Part shown: positions 58,301 through 64,000 of the stretch, one piece after another
Layout of the letters: each line of letters opens with the position of its first letter
How positions within the stretch are numbered: the first letter of the stretch is position 1
From: Amoebophrya sp. A120
Lineage: Eukaryota > Protista > Dinoflagellata
DNA: 64,000 nt
Assembly (NCBI GenBank): GCA_905178155.1
Contig: CAJINV010000001.1
Span: 1,035,326 to 1,099,325, forward strand
Direction of reading: 5' to 3'
Notes under the pieces: model-generated
The model's database searches: none
Seen by the model: only the letters and a program-made list of their open reading frames with translations
Told to the model about the DNA's origin: nothing
Program-made: the position numbers and the translations under genes

Positions 58301-59456
58301 CATATCAAAATGGAAACTTCTGATGCTAATTTGCGTACACCAATCCGACTTGTCTTGCAGTAAGGCACTGCGGCCGGATCCGCAGCCTAGGTGGGAGCGC
58401 GCAGGTCTAGTTGCTCAGCATTGCAAACGGCTACCCGCTGGGGCCAACAGCATGCCAAATCGCTTCCACAATTGGGCGGATGCCTCTGCACTTGTCTTCT
58501 TGCACGACAAACCTGATTTGTGGTCACAAATCAGAAACACAAATTTTCGGAAACATACTTTTTCAATATGGGGAGGGGGGATTTTTCCTCGCAATACATG
58601 GTCTCCGTAATCCAGGAGGACCACGCCACCGCCTCCGGGCCGCACAGCACGCGGAACTGCATCTCCTCGTAGCGGCACTTATCAACTGTAAAAATGTCTG
58701 GGTCTGGAAGAATTCATGTTTCTCATGCTTGTCTGGCATGACTCTTAAATCTGTCACGCACGTTGCCCAAGGGCTCCGTTTTTCTGTGATGCCGAAGCGC
58801 AGTTTGTCATGCAGAATAGGCAACACCTAGGAGCTCAGAAACTTGTCATGCTGAGCCGGCATCTATAGCCTCACCATGAGACGCCACCCAGCATCACAAG
58901 TTTCCAGACCCAGACATTTTTACATTTGATAGCACTGCTGCTGGAGCAGTGCGAAGTAGGCCGTCCAGTCGACCAGATCCAGTTCGGGGTGCCCGTATCA
59001 AATGCAAACATGTCTACTGGGTCTGGAAGATTCATCCGAGAGTTGTCATGCAGTTTTTGCTAGCTCCCTCAAATCTGGGGTGCGGGTCCTAGCATCACAG
59101 GTTCTGCTTCTGCAGCCCCTTCGTGAAGATGCCTGTTCTGAATGAGGAATATCCTCTCAGCATGGCCAAAAGTGAGCACCTGTTGCCAGTCATGCAACAC
59201 AAATCTACTTCGTACGATCCGCAAGTCGCATCACAAGTTCGGATCCTTCCAGACATCCAGGGATATTTGCACTGGATAGCCCGTCAAACGTGCACATAAT
59301 GGTGGACTCCATGCTCGTGTCCTTCTTCTTCTCCGTCGTTGTACCACCATGATTCTCCTGCGCGTGCGCTGGACGAAAATAAACGGTGTCAAAGTTGTAA
59401 AACACCAGGAGCAGACGAAAGAAACCGAAAACGAAGCAGAAACTACTGAAGACCAT
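52305..59456 (-). CDS. Fukutin-related (FKRP)/LicD-family phosphotransferase, 18 exons
   Basis: After removing 17 introners: IETIDGELRQYGCTLRTPNC...PPCCKRTLWDL...[26 protein letters not shown], matching the LicD/FKRP motif (PPCC...GG.LLGA.R....PWD.DVD); N-terminal signal/anchor; C-terminal CANPGHHNC. Confidence 0.85.
52414..52678. mobile_element. TIR introner family A
   Basis: DR TGGCG/TGGCG. Confidence 0.9.
52731..53036. mobile_element. TIR introner family G
   Basis: ~50-bp TIR TATGGAAGTGTCAGAATCGAAATTGACAAAATCGAAAAATTT; DR TAGCG. Confidence 0.9.
53053..53344. mobile_element. TIR introner family B
   Basis: DR GTGCG/GTGTG; similar to the 2449 copy. Confidence 0.88.
53401..53653. mobile_element. 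TIR introner family A (A2)
   Basis: DR GTCCA/GTCCA. Confidence 0.9.
53742..54001. mobile_element. TIR introner family A
   Basis: DR GAAGC/GCAGC. Confidence 0.88.
54037..54263. mobile_element. TIR introner family M
   Basis: TATCCTGTGCAAAAGCAGCGCACTCG...CGAGTACGATACTTTTGCAGTTCATA; DR GCAGG. Confidence 0.85.
54335..54595. mobile_element. TIR introner family A (A2)
   Basis: DR GCGAC/GGGAC; LES-LRPW restored. Confidence 0.85.
54662..54955. mobile_element. TIR introner family H
   Basis: TATTACAGTGAAAAATGCCCCCACCCTC...GAGGGTGGGGGCATTTTTCATTGTAATA; DR GAGCA; splits [11 protein letters not shown]. Confidence 0.92.
55164..55263. mobile_element. 100-bp mini TIR introner (family L)
   Basis: TATCCACAGAAAAAAAAAACCAT...ATGGTTTTTTTTCTGGGGATA; DR CCCCG. 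Confidence 0.85.
55484..55736. mobile_element. TIR introner family A (A2)
   Basis: DR TGCTT/TGTTT. Confidence 0.88.
56139..56411. mobile_element. TIR introner family A
   Basis: DR CCGAA/CCGAA. Confidence 0.88.
56520..56787. mobile_element. TIR introner family B
   Basis: DR GTAGT/GTAGT. Confidence 0.9.
57198..57519. mobile_element. TIR introner family C
   Basis: DR AGTGT/GGTGT; reverse orientation relative to the 4734 copy. Confidence 0.88.
57612..57870. mobile_element. TIR introner family A (A2)
   Basis: DR CACGG/CACGG. Confidence 0.9.
58275..58596. mobile_element. TIR introner family C
   Basis: DR CATGT/CATGG. Confidence 0.88.
58680..58931. mobile_element. TIR introner family A (A2)
   Basis: DR GCACT/GCACT; similar to the 41016 copy. 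Confidence 0.9.
58996..59278. mobile_element. TIR introner family A (diverged)
   Basis: DR GCCCG/GCCCG. Confidence 0.85.
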
Positions 59457-60945
59457 CTTGTCCGGAGAACGAGATATGTTGTCTTGGACGAGGCCAGTGG
59501 CAACAGATGTTGATCCGTCGAGCGTCTTCAATACTAGCAGGGGATTTCTCTTAATATTCGGCGACTATGTATGCTTTACTATCCAGGTCGGGTTGAAAAA
59601 AATCACAAAAAAGAGCAAATCCATGAAGATAATTTTTGCAGTGCTCATTCGACAAAAAGATCGCAACTGGTATGATTGGACCGACAGCTTCACGGAAATA
59701 ATGACGATGATGATGTTACCCAGTAAAGGGGTCATTAAAAAAGGAATCCTAGGACTCCAACTCCGTGCTGTCGAAGTACAAAGAAAAAAATCGAAAACGT
59801 AAAAAAGCCTGCTACTTATGAACCAAGTGTGAGCAGCGAGAACGAGATGATCGTTTTCCAATTCATAAAATTGTCGGGCAGGCAGGCTTTCAAAAGTTGC
59901 TAGCAATGGAACAGCACCGCCTCTTCCAACTTCTCTTCCGGGTTTTGCGTTGCTCGTTCTTCGGGTTTTCCGTGGCTCCCGCACAAGGTGCGTCCGGGCC
60001 GCGGGCAACGAGAGTATCGTCTCTACTAGTAATGTTTGCGGAGGAGTAAATAATGGGAAAGCTTTTAATACCCGCGGTCAACTTTCACATCTCCAAAGAA
60101 AATTCTTGCAGGCTCTGGTACAACAATCTAAGTATTTGAGTGAACTCATGGAGTTCGGCGCGTCTTGTTCATTTTTATTTTTTTTTTGGCCAAGCATCAA
60201 ATGCTTTTTTACCCGGGGGTGCAGATGTCGCCAGACAGGGCAACTATACCTCCCTTGGTAAAGTTTTATTCTGGTATAGTTGTATCATTGCAAAATATTG
60301 TCGGTTGTGGGTTCGTTAGATTTTTTGATTTGTGGTTTCGAAGAATGCGTTGGCGTCGGAGGTTAAATCTAAAACTAAAAAGTTTGCGTTGAAGTTCATA
60401 TTCGGTGCGAGTGCTTGCGCACGCTATGGTTATAACGGACGAGGTCCATAAGCTGTCTGGTCTGTATTTTCACTGTATATTTTTGTCCAGGATCTTACTC
60501 CTGTTCGGATGCTCGCGAAAAGCGCACATCATGCTGATGCGCAGCGCTTACTCGGAGCGTCATCAAAAATCTTTTTTTCATAATTCTTTAGCGAGGTTTA
60601 GATTGATATTTGTAAACTGCATTATTTGTAAAATCCTTAGCGCGAGGTGGACTGCTTTGTAGCAGCACTGATGTTGTCTAGCGTTCTAAAACTTCTTGGA
60701 AATAAGCATGCTACTGGGCGCAGCACATTTCTCGCGCTACTTTTTCATTTCTCATACCAAAAATTTATTTCACCTGCTTCTTCACACATCTTCGCAGTTT
60801 GCGTTTGCTAGTTGGTGTACGTACTGCTTACGAGAAAAGGGACGCTATCGAAACGTTTGTCTGCCAGAATCTATCTGTAGCGTAGCGCTGCTCTCTAGGC
60901 AGACACGACACGAGCACGACCTTATCCCGCTGCGCGCAGCCGAAT

Positions 60946-63900
60946 TCAAACTTTACTGTCGACGTAAGAGCGTTTTTGCAAAAACTCGTCCTCCTCGTCA
61001 TCGTCACTCGCTGAGTCCCGCTCCGACGGATCAAAATTGAACTCGTTTTCTTCCGGATCCCCCAGCTCCGCGAGCTCCGTTTGATGCTCCACCATCGGCG
61101 GGGGCGTCGGCGCATTCATGAAATTCAAAATCGAAATCCCCAAAATCAAGGAGATCAACCCGATGGTCACCATCTCCAGGACGTTGCTCTGTTATTTTTG
61201 TTTAGATCAGGTTTTTATTCGTCAATGTTGAAAGCGGAGCGGACATCACCTTTTGATGGATAGTTCGTTGTGTAGCTCTTAGAACGCTGCCAACTATAAA
61301 AAAAAATATCAAGAAAAAAAAACAGTAGCCCGCCGATTGTACCCCGCCCCCTGCCGGCTCCGGATTGCGCAGCAGCAAGTAGTCGCCGATGTAAACATTG
61401 TATGAGAATGCACAACTCACCCTCGTTCTCATTTCTCATGCAAAAGCCCAAATCCAGTTGTAGTTGCCTTGTATCACTATAAATGCATGACAAATTCCGG
61501 AAGCGATCCAACCAGTACTACATCAGGCACATAAATTTGCCATGCATAGGCTCCACGAAGTGTGCTGGTGTTTGTACTGCTGTTCATGCGATACATATGA
61601 GGAGGAGGGGGAGTTGTGCACTCTCCTACATTGCACACGGCACCGACAGCCTGTCCCAGCGTTCGGTACACTGAGCTCAACTGCTTGGTGATAATTCCGG
61701 CCATCCACATTTGAAAGCACTGCGCAAAAATCGGCACCAACAGTTTCCAGCACCAGCCTTTAAAGAAACCCCCCTCGTAGGGCGCAAGCACACCATTCAC
61801 AGCCACCGGAGTCTTGTAATACCTGCGGATTTATGTTCAAGTGTAATCTTTGCTTTGGACCTTTGAATCTGTGAAATCTCGTAAGTATTTCATTCGGAAC
61901 CACATCTTGCGGATAGCAGCATTAGTGCACTCGCATCGCCGTGTTAGCAGTTGTACTGCCGCAAGAACTACTGCGGCTGCATCCAGACGATACGAACAAA
62001 ATCTTCCGTTTTGACCGGAATTTCTAAAAAAACTAAAAGATTATTTGCCCGCCAAATTATTTAGCTTTACGCCTGCCCCATGTAGTTGTCCCTCCAACGG
62101 TCCGTCCACTCGCGTTTGCAGATCACGGGATCGCAGATGATCGGGCAGCTCTCTACCGGCCCCTCGTTCCCGGGCGAGTAAAGGCCGCGCATCAGATATC
62201 CTGAGCAAAAACGTCCCCGCCCCATAGTCAAGATGGGGAATCTGCTAGACAAATCAGCCAGCTTTGGTTGTTGCGCATGACAATTTTGGCCTCGTAGTGT
62301 AATCTTTTTTAGCTTGTTCAGCAGCATCACAGACCTAGCCTAATATGCTGATTGGAGCATTACAAATTCCACAACACGAAGAGAAAATGCCTTTCATGGG
62401 GCTCCGCATGAGAAACATTTTGAGCATGCAGATTTGCATGACAACTATGGGGTGGGGACGTTTTATTTACTCAGGATATCAGAAAAATCGTGCTCTGCTC
62501 CTCCATATCAAATGTAAAAATGTCTGGGTCTGGAAGATTGCAACTTGTCATGCTAAATCTGCAGCATGCAAAAATCTGTGTTGCGTGAGTACCAAAAGCT
62601 GCCCACTTTTGACCAAGTTGAGAGGGAGTTTCTCATGCAGGATAGGCATTAGAGAAGTGTCGCAGAATCTGTCATGCTAGGTCCTGCATTCCAGACCTCA
62701 TGGGTCATGGAAAAGCAGCATGACAAATCGCGCATTCTTCCAGACCCAGACATTTTTACATTTGATACTCCAGGGGAATGCGCGGCTGGGCATCGTCCTC
62801 GTCGTCGAGGCTTGCTATCGCAAGAAAAAACTGTTTCACTGTGAACTTGTGATGCAGAAAACGAAGCACAGAACTATTTGTCTTGCTACACATGCAAGAC
62901 AGTTGATTTTCAGCTGTGTTTTCCCTTAGGAAGCTTGCATGGCAACTTTTCTCTGTCATGTAGAACAAACTTGTGATGCAGAGCCTGCAAAACCCTTACA
63001 GTGAACCACTTTTTTCATATGATACTTGCTGGTGGCTGACTAGTACCAGGCCCGGTCCTGCTCGCCGGTAGAGGTTCAGGGTCGACTTGGTTGCCCGAAC
63101 TACCGTTGGGGGATGATGTTGTAGTACCTGGTTGCGAAGCTGAAGCGGACGAATAACTTGGCACGGCAAAGCGGTTCTTCAGATTTTCTAGACCCGAGTC
63201 GGTTTCGGGGATTACCAGTTGGTCCGGCTGGTCCACGTCTTGCCGCAGCTCTAGCAGGGCGTACAGCCCCTGGTCGCGTAGAATTTCCGCTACCTCCTGT
63301 CGCAAGGGGGCTTCGGCCTGCTCGCGCTGTGCCTCCGACGTCCACGCGGAATTTTCGTCTAGCCCGGCGCTTTTTACGCCGAGGACCGAATAGTTGGGAC
63401 TTATCTCGCGCTCGGCGATGCGGTCCTTCAGTAGCTCCCTCCCATAGTTCATCAGTCGCCACTTTCTGTCCAGATGCACCCAGCAGGTGTGTGTCGCGTC
63501 CTCCTCCACCCACTGGATGCCGCTCCCGTACACCGGCGTGCTGTCATGCCGGCCGACGATGGGTCCCGCGGCGACCGCGCGGGGGCTGCTCTCTTCGGGC
63601 GGGAGCACCGGGTAATTGTTTATGTTGTTGGAATCGTTTCCGTTTTCGTCACTGCTGCTGGGGGGAGACCTGTTTGCTCGTGGCGACAGCGGCAAGTGGC
63701 CGAAGGCCGTGTTGCTGCCGGACTTGGGCGTCGGGACGCGGCTGGGGTCTACGAAGACCGTGGGACGCAGGACTTTCTTCGCGCGAAACGTGTTGAAGCG
63801 ACAATATATCAAAAAGAAAAATCCCCCCTCCCCATATCGAAAACGAAATTTGTGATGCAGTATTTGAGGCGTGAGGCGTAACATGATCGCACTCGGAAGA

Positions 63901-64000
63901 GGTGGAACAGTCAGCAGCCCGAACTCATCGGTTTTGCCAGGTCCACAACCCCCTGGGGGTGAAATACGGGGGTGGCTCCGCGTGGCAGCGATCTAGGATC
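60946..64000 (-). CDS. Nucleotide-sugar transporter (SLC35A-like), 3' part
   Basis: GGFFKGWCWKLLVPIFAQCFQMWMAGIITKQLSSVYRTLGQAV matches the SLC35A GFF.GW...K..SS motif; further TM segment VTIGLISLILGISILNF; GT-AG introns plus F, A, B, D and C introners; 5' end off the window. Confidence 0.65.
61401..61628. mobile_element. TIR introner family D
   Basis: DR CATTG/CATTG. Confidence 0.88.
62197..62478. mobile_element. TIR introner family B
   Basis: DR TCAGA/TCAGA. Confidence 0.9.
62506..62767. mobile_element. TIR introner family A
   Basis: DR CTCCA/CTCCA. Confidence 0.9.
62816..63024. mobile_element. TIR introner family F
   Basis: TATCGCAAGAAAAAACTGTTTCACTGTG...CAGTGAACCACTTTTTTCATATGATA; DR CTTGC. 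Confidence 0.86.
63807..64000. mobile_element. TIR introner family C-like (truncated by the window end)
   Basis: Left TIR TATCAAAAAGAAAAATCCCCCCTCCCCATATC. Confidence 0.75.

Noticed and set aside
3040-62968. Many short ORFs sharing peptides such as CKNVWVWK, FQTQTFLHL, NLPDPDIFA, MSGSGRLQ and WGGGIFHF
   Set aside because: They are translations of family A and C TIRs in various frames, not a protein family.
2449-63024. Reading the genes as MITE-disrupted pseudogenes
   Set aside because: Exons show no independent stops or frameshifts where translated, and dozens of junctions restore the frame by the same rule, including old diverged insertions.

Overview
Eukaryotic genomic DNA. It is most likely a parasitic syndinian dinoflagellate (Amoebophrya-like); this is inferred from the gene families and intron type. 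The window holds 10 protein-coding genes, all on the minus strand. By hand I mapped about 60 short (mostly 190-330 bp) non-autonomous elements in about 14 families, together roughly a quarter of the window. Typically each starts and ends with TA, has 20-50 bp terminal inverted repeats (TIRs) and is flanked by a 5-bp direct repeat (DR). Removing the element plus one DR copy restores the reading frame at almost every coding junction I translated, so they behave as non-GT-AG, orientation-independent introns (introners) alongside ordinary GT-AG introns. Most of the otherwise unrelated families share an internal GCAWNACA motif. The reconstructed genes are two hypothetical proteins, two coiled-coil extrusome-type precursors (one with a DDCDCILDS repeat tail), a mitochondrial HPR/FASTK-like protein, a large ankyrin-repeat protein, an ankyrin/macrodomain-like repeat protein, a small secreted Cys protein, an FKRP/LicD-family transferase split by 17 introners, and an SLC35A-like nucleotide-sugar transporter. 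I recognised no transposase, rRNA, tRNA or CRISPR array. All coordinates and counts were read by eye and need computational confirmation.
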